A stretch of 64,000 bases of DNA. It comes from Mustelus asterias (Eukaryota). The position numbers and the translations under genes were made by a program. Below, piece by piece: positions 22,872 through 35,530 of this stretch (position 1 is the first letter of the stretch; each line of letters starts with the position of its first letter). The stretch is from contig NW_027590120.1 in NCBI RefSeq assembly GCF_964213995.1, positions 1,116,001-1,180,000 on the forward strand, given 5' to 3'. The notes under the pieces are model-generated. The model was not told where the DNA came from. It ran no database searches and saw nothing but the letters and a program-made list of their open reading frames with translations.

Positions 22872-25800
22872 AACATAGAACATAGAACATAGAAAGTCAC
22901 AGCACAAACAGGCCCTTCGGCCCACAAGTTGCGCCGATCACATCCCCACCTCTAGGCCTATCTATAGCCCTCAATCCCATTAAATCCCATGTACTCATCC
23001 AGAAGTCTCTTAAAAGACCCCAACGAGTTTGCCTCCACCACCACCGACGTCAGCCGATTCCACTCACCCACCACCCTCTGAGTGAAAAACTTACCCCTGA
23101 CATCCCCCCTGTACCTACCCCCCAGCACCTTAAACCTGTGTCCTCTCGTAGCAACCATTTCAGCCCTTGGAAATAGCCTCTGAGAGTCCACCCTATCCAG
23201 ACCCCTCAACATCTTGTAAACCTCTATCAGGTCACCTCTCATCCTTCGTCTCTCCAGGGAGAAGAGACCAAGCTCCCTCAACCTATCCTCATAAGGCATG
23301 CCCCCCAATCCAGGCAACATCCTTGTAAATCTCCTCTGCACCCTTTCAATGGCTTCAACATCTTTCCTGTAATGAGGTGACCAGAACTGCGCGCAGTACT
23401 CCAAGTGGGGTCTAACCAGGGTCCTATAAAGCTGCAGCATTATCTCCCGACTCCTAAACTCAATCCCTCGATTAATGAAGGCTAGTACGCCATACGCCTT
23501 CTTGACCGCATCCTCCACCTGCGAGGCCGATTTAAGAGTCCTATGGACCCGGACCCCAAGGTCCTTCTGATCCTCTACACTGCTAAGAATGGTACCCTTC
23601 ATTTTATACTGCTGCTCCATCCCATTGGATCTGCCAAAATGGATCACTACACACTTATCCGGGTTGAAGTCCATCTGCCACTTCTCCGCCCAGTCTTGCA
23701 TTCTATCTATGTCTCGCTGCAACTTCTGACATCCCTCCAAACTATCCACAACACCACCTACCTTGGTGTCGTCAGCAAACTTACCAACCCATCCCTCCAC
23801 TTCCTCATCCAGGTCATTTATGAAAATGACAAACAGCAAGGGTCCCAGAACAGATCCCTGGGGCACTCCACTGGTCACTGACCTCCATGCAGAGAAAGAC
23901 CCCTCCACAGCCACTCTCTGCCTTCTGCAGGCAAGCCAGTTCTGGATCCACAAGGCAACAGCCCCTTGGATCCCATGCCCTCTCACTTTCTCAAGAAGTC
24001 TTGCATGGGGGACCTTATCGAACGCTTTGCTGAAGTCCATATAGACCACATCCACCGCCCTTCCTTCGTCAATGTGCTTGGTCACATTTTCAAAGAACTC
24101 AACCAGGCTCGTAAGGCACGACCTGCCCCTGACAAAGCCGTGCTGACTACTTTTGATCATACTAAACTTCTCTAGATGATCATAAATCCTGTCTCTCAGG
24201 ATCCTCTCCATCAACTTACCAACCACTGAGGTTAGACTCACCGGTCGGTAATTTCCCGGGCTGTCCCTGTTCCCTTTCTTGAATATAGGGACCACATCCG
24301 CAATCCTCCAATCCTCCGGAACCTCTCCCGTCTCCATCGACGATGCAAAGATCATCGCCAAAGGCTCCGCAATCTCCTCCCTCGCCTCCCACAGTAACCT
24401 GGGGTACATCCCATCCGGTCCCGGCGACTTACCAACCTTGATGCCATTCAATAGTTCCAACACATCCTCTTTCTTTATGTCCACATGCTCGATCCTTTCT
24501 GTCCTCCGCAATCCAGCAGTACAACCACCCAGATCCCTTTCCACCGTGAATACCGAGGTAAAGTATTCATTAAGCAGCTCCGCCATTTCTAACGGTTCCG
24601 CACAAACTTTTCCCCCTTCACCTTTTAAGGGTCCTATGCCTTCACATCTCATCCTTTTACTCTTGACATATTTGTAGAAAGCCTTGGGATTCTCCTTAAT
24701 CTTACCCGCCAAGGTCTTCTCATGACCCCTTCTCGCTCTCCTAATTTCCTTCTTAAGCTCCTTCCTACATCGCGTATACTCCTCTAAATCCTTAACACCT
24801 CCTAGCTCTCTGAACCTTCTGTACGCCTCTCTTTTCTTATTCACCAGGTTCATCACAACCTTCGTGCACCACGGTTCCCGTACCCTACCAACACCCCCCT
24901 GTCTCATCGGAACGTTGTCATGCAGAGCTCCAGACAAACATTCCTTGAAAATCCTCCACTTTCCTTCGGTACTTTTCCCCAAGAATGCCTCCTTCCAATT
25001 TACCCGTCTAATTTCCTCCCTGATGACACTGTATTTCCCTTTACTCCAGAGAAACACTTTCCTAGCCTGCCTGACCCTATCTCTTTCCAATGCTATCGTG
25101 AAGGAGATAGAATTATGATCGCTATCCCCAAGATGTTCACCCACCGAGAGATCCTCCACCTGTCCAGGTTCATTAGCCAGCACCAGATCAAGAACAGCCT
25201 CTCCTCTAGTAGGCTTATCCACATACTGTGTCAGGAAACTCTCCTGGACACACCTAACAAACTCCTCTCCATCCAAACCCCTAGCCCTAGGGATATTCCA
25301 ATCTATGTTTGGGAAATTAAAATCTCCCATCACGACAACTCTGTTATTCCTACATCTCTCCAGGATCTGTTTCCCCATCTGCTCCTCAACATCTCTGTTA
25401 CTATTGGGCGGCCTATAGAAAACACCCAGCAAAGTTACCGACCCCTTCCTATTCCTAACCTCCACCCACAGAGATTCCGTAGTCAGTCCCTCCACGGCGT
25501 CCACCTTCTCTACAGCCGTGACACTATCCCTGATCAACAGTGCCACTCCCCCCCCTCTCTTGCCTCCCTCCCTGTCCTTCCTGAAACATCTAAAACCTGG
25601 CACCTGAAGCACCCAGTCCTGTCCCTGAGACATCCAAGTCTCCGTAATGGCCACCACATCACAATTCGAAGCAGCAATCCACGCTCCAAGCTCATCCACT
25701 TTATTCACTACACTCCTGGCATTAAAATAGACACATCTCAGACCTTCAGCCTGAGCACTTCCCTTCTCCCTCACTCGTCTAACCTCCCTCTTACCCTGTC

Positions 25801-26297
25801 TACATTCCTTATCTATTTGCGAGCTAACCTCCTCGCTCTCAGTCCCCTCATTTCGATTCCCTCCCCCCAACCTTTCTAGTTTAAAGTCTCACCAGTAGCC
25901 TTAGCCAACCTTCCCGCCAGGATATTGGTCCCCCTGGGATTCAAGTGCCACCCGTCTTTTTTAAACAGGTCACACCTGCCCCTAAAGAGGTCCCAATGAT
26001 CCAAGTACCCAAATCCTTGTCCCTTGCTCCAGTCCCTCAGCCACGCATTAATTCTCCACCGATTCCTGTTCTCACTCTCCCGCGGCACAGGCAGCAATCC
26101 CGAGATTACTACCTTTGCATTCCTCTTTCTCAGCTGTCTACCCAACTCCCTATATTCTCTTTTCATGACCCCTTCCCTCTTCCTACCGATGTCAGCAGTA
26201 CCTATATGCATCACGACCTTGGGCTCCTCTCCTTCCCCCTTCAGGATTTCTGGGACTCGACCAGAGACTCGACCAGAGACATCCCGGACCCCTGCAC
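22872..26297 (-). mobile_element. Young CR1 LINE, 5'-truncated within ORF1, with intact ORF2
   Basis: (ctatgtt)n tail at 22872-22893, ORF1 esterase end at 25876-26214, uninterrupted ORF2. Confidence 0.95.
22958..25870 (-). CDS. CR1 ORF2 protein (APE endonuclease and reverse transcriptase), 970 aa open frame
   Basis: YFNARS, ITETW, YRPP, GDFN, LDL, SDH (APE); YRPVSLTS, QHGF, DFSKAFDKV, GVPQGSVLGP, FADD, RPHLEY (RT). No stops. Confidence 0.92.
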   Translation of the reverse strand: MGGGNRNEGTESEEVSSQIDKECRQGKREVRRVREKGSAQAEGLRCVYFNARSVVNKVDELGAWIAASNCDVVAITETWMSQGQDWVLQVPGFRCFRKDREGGKRGGGVALLIRDSVTAVEKVDAVEGLTTESLWVEVRNRKGSVTLLGVFYRPPNSNRDVEEQMGKQILERCRNNRVVVMGDFNFPNIDWNIPRARGLDGEEFVRCVQESFLTQYVDKPTRGEAVLDLVLANEPGQVEDLSVGEHLGDSDHNSISFTIALERDRVRQARKVFLWSKGKYSVIREEIRRVNWKEAFLGKSTEGKWRIFKECLSGALHDNVPMRQGGVGRVREPWCTKVVMNLVNKKREAYRRFRELGGVKDLEEYTRCRKELKKEIRRARRGHEKTLAGKIKENPKAFYKYVKSKRMRCEGIGPLKGEGGKVCAEPLEMAELLNEYFTSVFTVERDLGGCTAGLRRTERIEHVDIKKEDVLELLNGIKVGKSPGPDGMYPRLLWEAREEIAEPLAMIFASSMETGEVPEDWRIADVVPIFKKGNRDSPGNYRPVSLTSVVGKLMERILRDRIYDHLEKFSMIKSSQHGFVRGRSCLTSLVEFFENVTKHIDEGRAVDVVYMDFSKAFDKVPHARLLEKVRGHGIQGAVALWIQNWLACRRQRVAVEGSFSAWRSVTSGVPQGSVLGPLLFVIFINDLDEEVEGWVGKFADDTKVGGVVDSLEGCQKLQRDIDRMQDWAEKWQMDFNPDKCVVIHFGRSNGMEQQYKMKGTILSSVEDQKDLGVRVHRTLKSASQVEDAVKKAYGVLAFINRGIEFRSREIMLQLYRTLVRPHLEYCAQFWSPHYRKDVEAIERVQRRFTRMLPGLGGMPYEDRLRELGLFSLERRRMRGDLIEVYKMLRGLDRVDSQRLFPRAEMVATRGHRFKVLGGRYRGDVRGKFFTQRVVGEWNRLTSVVVEANSLGSFKRLLDEYMGFNGIEGYR

Positions 26298-27739
26298 TAT
26301 CCCTATAAAGGTTAATGTTCTCTCAAAGCAAAACATGCGAAGACGTTAGAGACTGGTGCTTGGGCGGGGAGGTAGTGGAGGGAAGGAGGAGCTTGAAAAA
26401 GTATATATCAAAATGGATTTCCGCTAGGACAAGAGGTATGGCCTTCCTTGGGTAAGGAGACCAAAATTGCACACACTACTCTAGGTGAGGATTTACCATT
26501 GCACTGTAAAATTGTAGTAAGACTTTTTTACTTAATTCCGTATGCACTTAGGAAATATGAGTATGATCAAACAAGTAGCATGGTATTACAAAAGCAAAAT
26601 TGTGCTTGATAAGGTTCTTTGGGTTTTTTGAGGCTGTGACTCATCGGGTAGATGAAGGGCGACCAGTGGGTGTTGTGTACTTGGATTTCAAAAAGACATG
26701 AGACAAAAGGCATGCTGAAGGTCCACCGTCAATAACTCCAGGAGCCTAGTGCACCAAACTGGGATGGCACTGTGCTCTGAGCACGCTCAGTGAGGTTGGT
26801 GGAGGTGGACTGAGGAGGAACAGGTGGCTCAGATAGTAGGAGGAGATTTTGGTGCAGGGGAGGAATTGGAGCTGTGGGTCGGCTGGGAAGCTTCAGAAAC
26901 ACGTGATGTATGGAACTTGCAATAAGAATATCAAATTCCTGAGTTTACAGCGCTGGGGCTTTATGGGGACAGGCCCAGGTTAACAGTTACCATCCTAGTT
27001 TGATGAGTGGCAGAGCGCATGCACAACTTTCTTGGTGTGGGAGTAGAGAGTGGGTGGGACTTCATGGTCCCAGTGATCGGAGAGATAATTATTCACTCAT
27101 TGATTTTATTCTCATTCTTCACTCAGCAGCTGGAGAATTGAACCCAGGCAGAATAAAGGAAAGGAGAAAACTGGGAGGAGAAAGGAAATGATGGAGATTG
27201 CACTGAAATCCAGTGAATCACATTGGGAGGAGGGACAGTTTGTGGAATGTGATTTACTTTGTGAGTTGTGTCAGCAACTTGGAGAACAAGAGAGGAAAAA
27301 ATATTCCAAAGAAACTAGAGTTGTCAGTTTTGGATTTATGCCTGTACTTACAGTGAATCATTTGTGTAATGTCCTTTTACAGGGCATTCACACTGGAGAA
27401 TTTTCAGACAGGAAATCCAAACCAAACATCACATTGAGATCTGACAGAGTCACTCGATTCATCAGGACCTGAATATCTTCGGCCTTTGAATATGGATGGA
27501 GAAATGTTTTTCTGTTCTATCTGTGGGAAAAGATTTCAAACATCAGTGTGACTGGAAAAGCACCGACACAGACACACCCGAGTGAGAGTGTTCCAGTGAA
27601 CTGACTGTGGAAAGAGTTTAACCAGTTACACAGCCTGAAAAAAAATCACACCATTCACAGCGAGGAGAAACGATACATGTGTTCTGTGTGTGGATGAGGC
27701 CTCAGCTGATCATCCAACCTGGAGAGACACCAGGGCACC

Positions 27740-28498
27740 ATGGAGAAACCGTGGAAATGTGGGGACTGTGGGAAGGGGTTTAGTTGTCCATCCCACCTAG
27801 AAACTCATCGACGCAGTCACACTGGGGAGAGGCCGTTCATCTGCTCCAACTGTGGGAAGGGATTCACTCAGCCATCCAGCCTTGTGTCACACCAACGAAT
27901 TCACACTGAGGAGAAACCTTTCAAATGCTTTGACTGTGGGAAAAGCTTTAGGAGCTCTGGGTGTTTAATTCAACATCAGGGACTTCACACAGGAGAGAGA
28001 CCGTTCATCTGCTCCATGTGTGGGAAGAGATTTGCGTCTTCATCGCAACATTCAAAACACCTCCGAGTGCACACGGGGGAAAGACCGTTCACCTGTTCTG
28101 AATGTGGGAAGAGATTCAGGTGTTCATCCAACTTCACTGAACATCTCCGTGTGCACACAGGAGAGAGACCATTCACATGCTCTGAGTGTGGGAAGGGATT
28201 CACTTGTTCATCCCACCTTGCTGAACACAATCGTGTTCACAGTGGAGAGAAACCATTTGTCTGTTCCACGTGTGGGAAAGGATTCACTACGTCATCCCAG
28301 CATCTGACACACCAGCAGGTTCACACTGGGGAGAGACCGTTCAGCTGCTCCACGTGTGGGAAGAAATTTAGTCGTTCATCCACCCTGCAGAGACACCAGC
28401 GGGTTCACACTGGGGAGAGACCGTTCTCCTGCTCCGAGTGTGGGAAGGGACTCACTCAGTCATCCCACCTGCTGAGACATCAGCAAATTCACAAGTGA
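27740..28498 (+). CDS. C2H2 zinc-finger protein D (9 fingers), intact
   Basis: 252-aa ORF with nine CxxC-x12-HxxxH units and TGE(R/K)PF linkers. Acceptor ttttacag at about 27382 upstream. Confidence 0.88.
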   Translation: MEKPWKCGDCGKGFSCPSHLETHRRSHTGERPFICSNCGKGFTQPSSLVSHQRIHTEEKPFKCFDCGKSFRSSGCLIQHQGLHTGERPFICSMCGKRFASSSQHSKHLRVHTGERPFTCSECGKRFRCSSNFTEHLRVHTGERPFTCSECGKGFTCSSHLAEHNRVHSGEKPFVCSTCGKGFTTSSQHLTHQQVHTGERPFSCSTCGKKFSRSSTLQRHQRVHTGERPFSCSECGKGLTQSSHLLRHQQIHK

Positions 28499-28544
28499 CT
28501 ACAGGGGTTGGATTCTGCTGTTAGTCACCAATAAGAGACACTCT

Positions 28545-29400
28545 AACTACCGGCCCTTGACATTCAATGGTGTTACCATCACTGATTTCCTCACTGTCAA
28601 CATCCTTGGGGTTACCATTGACCAGAAACTCGCCACATAAACACAATGACTACAAGAGCAGGTCAGAAGCGAGTAACTCACCTCCTGACTCCCCAAAGTC
28701 TGTCCACCATCTACAAGGCACAAGTCAGGAGCGCGATGGAATACTCCCCACTTGCCTGGATGGGTGCAGCTCCAACAACACTCAAGAAGCTCAACACCAT
28801 CCAGGACAAAGCAGCCCGCTTGATTGGCACCACATCTACCAACATCCACTCTCTCCACCACTGATGCTCAGTAGCAGCAGTGTTTACTATCTACAAGATG
28901 CACTGCAGCAATTCACCAAAGATCCTTCGACAGCACCTTCAAAACCCACGACTACTTCCATCTAGAAGGACAAGGGCAGCAGATACATGGGAACACCACC
29001 ACCTGCAAGTTCCCCTCCCAGTCACTCACCATTCTGACTTGGAAATATAATCGCCATTCCTTCGCAGTCACTGGGTCAAAACCCTGGAATTCCCTCCCGA
29101 ACGGCATTGTGGGTCAACCCACAATAGGTGGATTGGCTATGCTAAATTACCCCTTAGTGTCAAGGGGATTAGCAGGGTTATGGGAATAGGGCCTGGGTGG
29201 GATTGCTGTCGGAACAGACACGATGGGCCGAATGGCCGCCTTCTGTATTGTAGGAATTCTATGATTCTATGAATCCATAGCATGTGGACTGCAGTGATTC
29301 AAGAAGGCAGCGCAGCTCCACCTTCTCAAGGCAAATACGAATTGGGCAATAAATGCTGCCCAGCCAGCGACGTCCATGTGCCACGAATGAATTTTAAAAA
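28545..29400 (+). mobile_element. 3' part of a distinct CR1/L2-group LINE, with an HE1 3' fragment inserted at about 29125-29272
   Basis: LLTPQSLSTIYKAQVRSAMEYSPLAWMGAAPTTLKKLNTIQDKAARLIG RT C-terminus; tail gggcaataaatgctg...gaatgaat. Confidence 0.75.
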
Positions 29401-29554
29401 TCAGACCCAGGACTGAACTATGTTCAATCTGACTGAATTCTGAGTTTCTGAACATTGGGTTTGGTGTCCAATGAATCACTTTTGTTTCCATCATTTTATC
29501 CCAACTCCTTGATTTCTCCAAGATGAGAGGAGACTAATTCATCTCCTGTTACTG

Positions 29555-30205
29555 GGATAGAAAGCTGACAAATCCCCTGGATCATACGGTCTGCATTCCA
29601 GGATCTGGGAAGAGGTGACTGCACTGATACTCGAAGCACTGCCAGTGATTTTCCAAAATTCTCTAGATTCTGCAGTGGTACCAATGGATTGGAAAGTGGA
29701 AAATGTAATCCCAATAATAAGAAAAGCCGGAGAAAGGAAACAGGGAATGACAGGCTATTTAGCCTGACATCAGTCATCAGGAAAATATTGGCATCTATCA
29801 TGAAGGAAGTGGTAAAAATGCAATTAGAAAAGTAGAACATGATTGGACAAAGTCAACATTGGTTTATGAAAGAACTTGACAAATCTAGTAGAATTTGTTG
29901 AGGATGTAACTAAAAGGTTAGATAAAGGGGAACCAGGGAATGTTGTATGATTGAATTTCTAAAAGCCATTTCATAAGATGCCATACACAAGATTGTTGCA
30001 CAGGATAAGGGCTCATGTCATTGGGGGTGAAATATTAGCATTGGTAAAGGAGTTGTTAAAGGACAAAGAGAAGGGATTGATGTGTCATTTTCAGGTCGGC
30101 AGGCTCTTATTATGGGGACAGCACAAGAAGCAGGATAGGAGTTTATTAACAATCCATATTCATGACTTATTTCAAGAGACCAAGTCCAATGTATTCAAGT
30201 TTCCC
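29555..30205 (+). mobile_element. Old CR1 RT fragment
   Basis: Decayed DKSPG, WKVENV, SLTSV and FHKMPY..LL homologies. Confidence 0.65.
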
Positions 30206-31492
30206 GATGGGGGACTGTCTCAGGGCAAACAACATCAAAGTGGTCAGTACAAATGACACACAAAATATATCCTTACAAACTTCTGCACTGCGGACCACCT
30301 CTCTGGAGAAAACACTGTGGCGACCGGCACAGGTGGAGGCAGCACTGAAATTTGGTTCAGTTTCAAGGACCATCATCACCAAACTCTGAACATCTGAGGT
30401 GTCCAGAGGAGGATCAGAAGTGGAGTGTGGCAGAGCAAGACCAGAGGTGGAACAGCAGCAGAGGAAGACCAAAGGTAGTTTGGCTGCAGAGTTCACCCCC
30501 CGCCCCCACCCCGCGCCCCGAGCACTATAAAACAACATCATAAACTGCCAGTTCTACGGATATCCATGTTGATCCCACATCTGACTCCCCGTCAGTAGAG
30601 GATCCACAGAAAACAATAAAATCATTGACAGTTTCGACACACTCGAACCAGGAGGAGTCTACCCCAACATTCTCCCTGTTCTCTGAATGGGGTAACTATA
30701 CACTGTAGTTAATACAGTCAGTAAAAGACAATCTATTGTTGGGAGCTTGATTATCTGGTGTCTGAAACCACAAGATTCAATATTTAGAGTCAACAAGATG
30801 AACAAGGAAACAGATCAGGGCCCAATACTCCAGCTGGATATTCACAAGAGAAAGTCTGTTATCTAACACCTCGAGTGGACAGAACAGAGAAAGATCCCAA
30901 CTGTAAGAAATCCTCCAACTATTTGTGAATATCTTTCAAATGCTGACAGGTTTCAATTCCCAGCTTCCATTATGCTGAATCAATGGGAGGTGAGAGAGCG
31001 GTTATCCTGGAACTATTAAAAAAACTAACTAGATCACAGCTAGAGTACTCAGCATCTCAAAGGGACTGCAGAGTATTTCAAACTGTGTAATCATGCTGTA
31101 GTTCACGACCTTGATTTGCGGAGATAGAATTCGGACTGGATATTTTGGAATGTTGTAGAGACATTGATCTAACAATCGTGAAATAACAGCTCATGAGGAG
31201 ACACATCATGTCAATGCCAGCTTATTTTCAAAGAATTATGCAATTAGTCCCAATATTGTTCCCCTTCATAAAAACACGCATATTTCTCCTTTCAATTCTC
31301 TTTTTGAAAAATCTGAGTTAACAAAAAACAATATCGGAAGAGTTGCAGAAGCCTCTGCAGTATTCATGGACATTTTTAAAATTAACAAGTTTCTTGACCC
31401 AATAACATGAACAGTCAGGTGGGAATTTTCTCCCAAAAATTTTGGAAGAAAAACTATTCAATTATGCAGTTGATTTCATAGCATTTCAAGGA

Positions 31493-31780
31493 TCATAGAA
31501 CCCTACAGAGCAGAAGAAGCCCATTCAGCCCATCGAGTCTGCACTGACCACAATCCCACCCAGACCCTATCCCCGTAACCCCATGCATTTACCCTAGCTA
31601 GTTCCCCTGGCAATTTTTAGCATAGCCAATCCACCTAACCCGCACATCTTTGGATTGTGGGAGGAAACCCATGCAGATACGGGGAGAATGTACAGACTCC
31701 ACACAGATCGTGACCCAAGCTGGGAATCGAACCCGGGTCCCTGGCGCTGTGAGACAGCAGTGCTAGCCACCCTGCCGCCC
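31493..31780 (-). mobile_element. HE1-type SINE
   Basis: Reverse complement of the HE1 consensus. Confidence 0.82.
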
Positions 31781-32254
31781 CTCAATGTTGGTCTTGGAAA
31801 CAGGGCAGTGCTGACCCAGCAGAATGTCAGTTCTGGAATGTAAGTGGTCAGTTACCCTATTGACAGCAGCACAGTCACACCAGAAAGAGACCATTCAGGT
31901 ACATTATGTGTGCAAATGGATTTATTCAGTTTCCCCTCCTATTAACATACAAGCTTTAAAAGTTCGAAGGAATTGATCAACCATGAGTTCATTCTTCTTG
32001 TCAAGTCCGTGTGTGTGTGTGTGTGTGTGGAGAGGGGGTGGATGGTAAATCAATCAGTTCGTTACACCAGCTGACATTCCAAGGAGTTCATCTTCAGGTG
32101 TGGACGTTTGTTCCGCTATTAATTAAACTCAGGACAGAACTGTGGTGCCTGTTGACATTAGCTGCTGTATTAGTTATTTTCATTTTATACCTTGGTGCTT
32201 TGGCTTCAGTTGTAATTGAATCACAAAACATAATTTTTTTAATGCAATAACATA

Positions 32255-32640
32255 CTTCAATGGTGGCTATCTTACCCAGCATTCACAGTGAATCAGAATA
32301 TGATCTATCCTTACAACAGACTTTGCGCATGCGTACTGTAGATCCAAAGTGCATGCGCAATGTATGTTGCTCCCGCAGTAGCAGGAGGGCGGTTATATCG
32401 GCTCCGGGTTACCAGGGAAACGGCTTATTCTGGAGGGTAATGCAGGCGGCGGGGTGGATGGAGAGGCTTCATAAGCACCCAGTGGAGACAGGAGAACCCG
32501 AATAATAACTGCTCAGTGCCGCGTTCCAACCATTCGGGGCCGCGACCACAGATGCCGAGTTGGAGGCCCCGAGTTGACGGAGGCCATCTTTCTCGGGGCG
32601 ATGGGCAATAGTGCGCATGCGCGCTGCTCCCTGTCAGCAG
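32255..32640 (+). promoter_or_regulatory. CpG-island promoter probably serving ZNF locus E
   Basis: Three NRF1-type gcgcatgcg motifs (about 32324, 32350, 32612). The 5' part is paralogous to 40700-40790 upstream of locus F. Confidence 0.55.
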
Positions 32641-33034
32641 GAGGAGAGAAAGTTGTGAATTTCTCTCCTGGACTGACAGTGATGGACTTTGGAAACTCCT
32701 TTTACAGGGAGTTAGAAGGGGAGGATTTACACACAGAAAACTCAACCCAAGAGAAATGTTTCTCGCTTAATTTCTATTCTTGACTGACAGTGATGATCTA
32801 TTTTTTACAGGAAATTTGATGACAAAATTTGAAGTGAAACTCAAACCAGACATCAGACCAAAACCTGCCAGAGTCACTCCATTCATCAGAACCTGATTGT
32901 AAGTGTGTCTGTAGAAAAAGATTCAAACATCTGTGTGGCTGGAAATACGGAACAATAATGTCATGGAAGGATTTGCAAACAAAGATGCAATGTTTTAAAT
33001 TGAGTTGTTTAACCGGGAGCCTGTGTGGGTCAGT

Positions 33035-33290
33035 GTTTTAAAGTTTATTTATTACTGTCACAAGTAGGCTTAGCCTACATTAACACTGCAAGTTGCTGTA
33101 AAATTCCCCTAGTTGTCACACTCCGGAACTTGTTCGGGTCAATGCACCTAACCAGCAAGCCTTTCTGACTGTGGGAGGAAACCCATGCAGACATGGGGAG
33201 AATGTGCAGACTCCACACACACAGTCACCCAAGCCATGAATTGAACCCAGGTCCCTGGCACTGTGAGGCAGCAGTGCTAACCACTGCAGC
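33035..33290 (-). mobile_element. HE1-related SINE with alternative tail
   Basis: HE1 head and body with an aagcctacttgtgac...aataaataaac tail. Confidence 0.7.
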
Positions 33291-33972
33291 CCCATGGTGA
33301 GGACATGGTGATGGGTGAGTGTGTGGGACTTGATGCAGAGGACAGGGGTTTATATACACCAAAGTTTTTCATGGGTTAAATGAGGGACGCTGACAGTCAA
33401 GTCTAAAGAAAATAAAGGAATGAATGAAAGTTCTCGAAACATCAGCTGAGACAGGGATTTAGCGAAACTCATGTTGGTAATGAATAGATGAGGCTGTCCG
33501 GTCAAGTCAGGAGGGAATGCATGAAATTTTCAGAAACAATACTAAGACAGGGCCAGGGTGAGCCATGTTAGTGGGATATGTTATATACAGGAGGGGTGGA
33601 AGGTAACTTATTCCACATTGATTTCTCATCTCACATCTGTCTGTGACCAGAAAGATGTTTTTGATTTGATTCGTCCTTTATAAGCAGTGGCATACTACCC
33701 AATACTTCAAGGCTTACTCCTGCTCGTAATTCATACATCCGTATGTATGTTCACTAATGTCCTTTAGGGAAGGAAATGGGTAAGATGGCTATAGAGGGAT
33801 ATGGGCCAAATGCGGGCAATTGGGACTAGCTTAGGGGTTTTAAAAAAGGGGTGGCATGGACAAGTTGGGCCGAAGGGCCTGTTTCCATGCTGTTAACCTC
33901 TATGACTCTAAGTGAGAATTAACTTTAGTTTACTCACAGACACTCCAAATGTGGTAACTCAATGTTGCACCA

Positions 33973-35530
33973 TTTGATTTGATTTATTATTGTCTCACAA
34001 AGTTTATTTATTAGTCACAAGTAGACTTACATTCATACTGCGATGAAGGTGCTGTGAAAATCCCCTCGTCGCCAAGCTCTGGCACCTGTTCAGAGGGAGA
34101 ATTTTAGCATGGCCAATTAACCTCACCTGCACATCTTTGGAGTGTGGGAGGAAACCAGAGCATCCGGAAGAAACCCACGCAGACACAGGGAGAACATGCA
34201 AACTCCACACAGACAGTGAGCCAAGCCGGGAATCGAATCTGGGTCCCCAGTGCTGTGAGGCAGCAGTGCTAACCACTGTGTCACCATGTAATAGTATGAA
34301 GTGAAAAGTATTGTTTCTTGCATACCATAGATAGAGGAAGAAAGGAGAGAGTGCAGAATGTTGTGTTACAGTCAGAGCTAGGGTGTAGAGAAAGATCAAC
34401 TTAATGAAAGTAGGCCCATTCAAAAGTTTGATGGCAGCAGGGAAGAAGCTGTTCTTGAATCGATTGGTACGGGACCTCAGACTTTTGTATCTTTTTCCCG
34501 ACGGAAGAAGTTGGAAGAGAGAATGTCTGGGATGTGTGGGGTCATTGATTATACTGGCTGCTTTTCCGAGGTCGCGGTAAGTGTAGACAGAGTCAATGGT
34601 TGGGAGGCTGGTTTGCGTGATGGACGAGGCTTCGGTTATGACCCATTGTAGTTTCTTGCGTTCTTGGATAGAGCAGGAGCCTCGCCAAGCTGTGATACAA
34701 CCAGAAAGAATGCTTTCTGTGGTGTATCTATAAAAGTTGGTGAAAATCATAACGGACATGCCAAATTTCCTTAGCTTCCTGAGAAAGCAGAGACATTGGT
34801 GGGCTTTCTTAGTTGTAGCATTGGCATGGAGGGACCAGGACAGGTTGTTGGTATCTGGTCGCCGAGAAACTCGAAGCTCTCGACCATTTCTACCTCATCC
34901 CTGTTGATGTAGACAGGGGCATGTTCCCCACTACGCTTCCTGAAGTCGATGACAATCTCCTTCATTTTGTTGACATTGAGGGAGAGATTATTGTTGCTGC
35001 ACCAGTTCACCAGATTCTCTATCTCATTCCTGTTCTCTGTCTCATCACTGTTTGAGAAATGACCCACTGCGGTGGTGTCATCAGCAATCATGAAAATCAA
35101 GTTGGGGGGGGAATTTGGCCACACAGTCATAGGTGTATAAGGAGTATAGTAGGGGGCTGAGGACACAGCCTTGTGGGGTACCGGTTTTGAGGATGATCGT
35201 GGAGGAGGTGTTGTTGCCTATTCTTACTGATCTGAGTGTTAGGAAGTCTTGGACCCAGTCGTAGAGAGAGGAGCTAAGGCCAGGCCATGGAATTTGGGGA
35301 TGTGTTTCGTAGGAATAATGGTGTTGAAGGCTGAGCTGTAGTCAATAAATAGGAGTCTGAAATAGGTGCTTTGTTATTCAGGCGGTTCCCGGGTTGAGTG
35401 CAGGGCCAGGGAGATGGTGTCTGCTGTGGACCTGTTGCGGTGGTTGTGAACTGTAGTGGATCCAGGCAGTCTGGGAGGCCGGACTGATTTGTGCCATGAC
35501 TAACCTTTCGAAGCACTTCATAATGATGGA
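33973..35530 (-). mobile_element. Rex1/Babar-clade LINE, 3' half, decayed; HE1-related SINE nested at about 33997-34287
   Basis: IADDTT, LSLNVNKMKEIVIDFRK, NFYRYTTESILSGCITAW, DPTHP.HSLFQLLPSGKRY and RFKNSFFPAAI motifs; (tcaaa)n tail at 33973. Confidence 0.82.

Noticed and set aside
24920-25879. 319-aa ORF and other long ORFs antisense to CR1 or ZNF coding sequence
   Set aside because: Shadow frames of real coding sequence.
30206-30690. Unassigned segment with overlapping short ORFs
   Set aside because: No recognisable motif or splice structure; it needs a database search.
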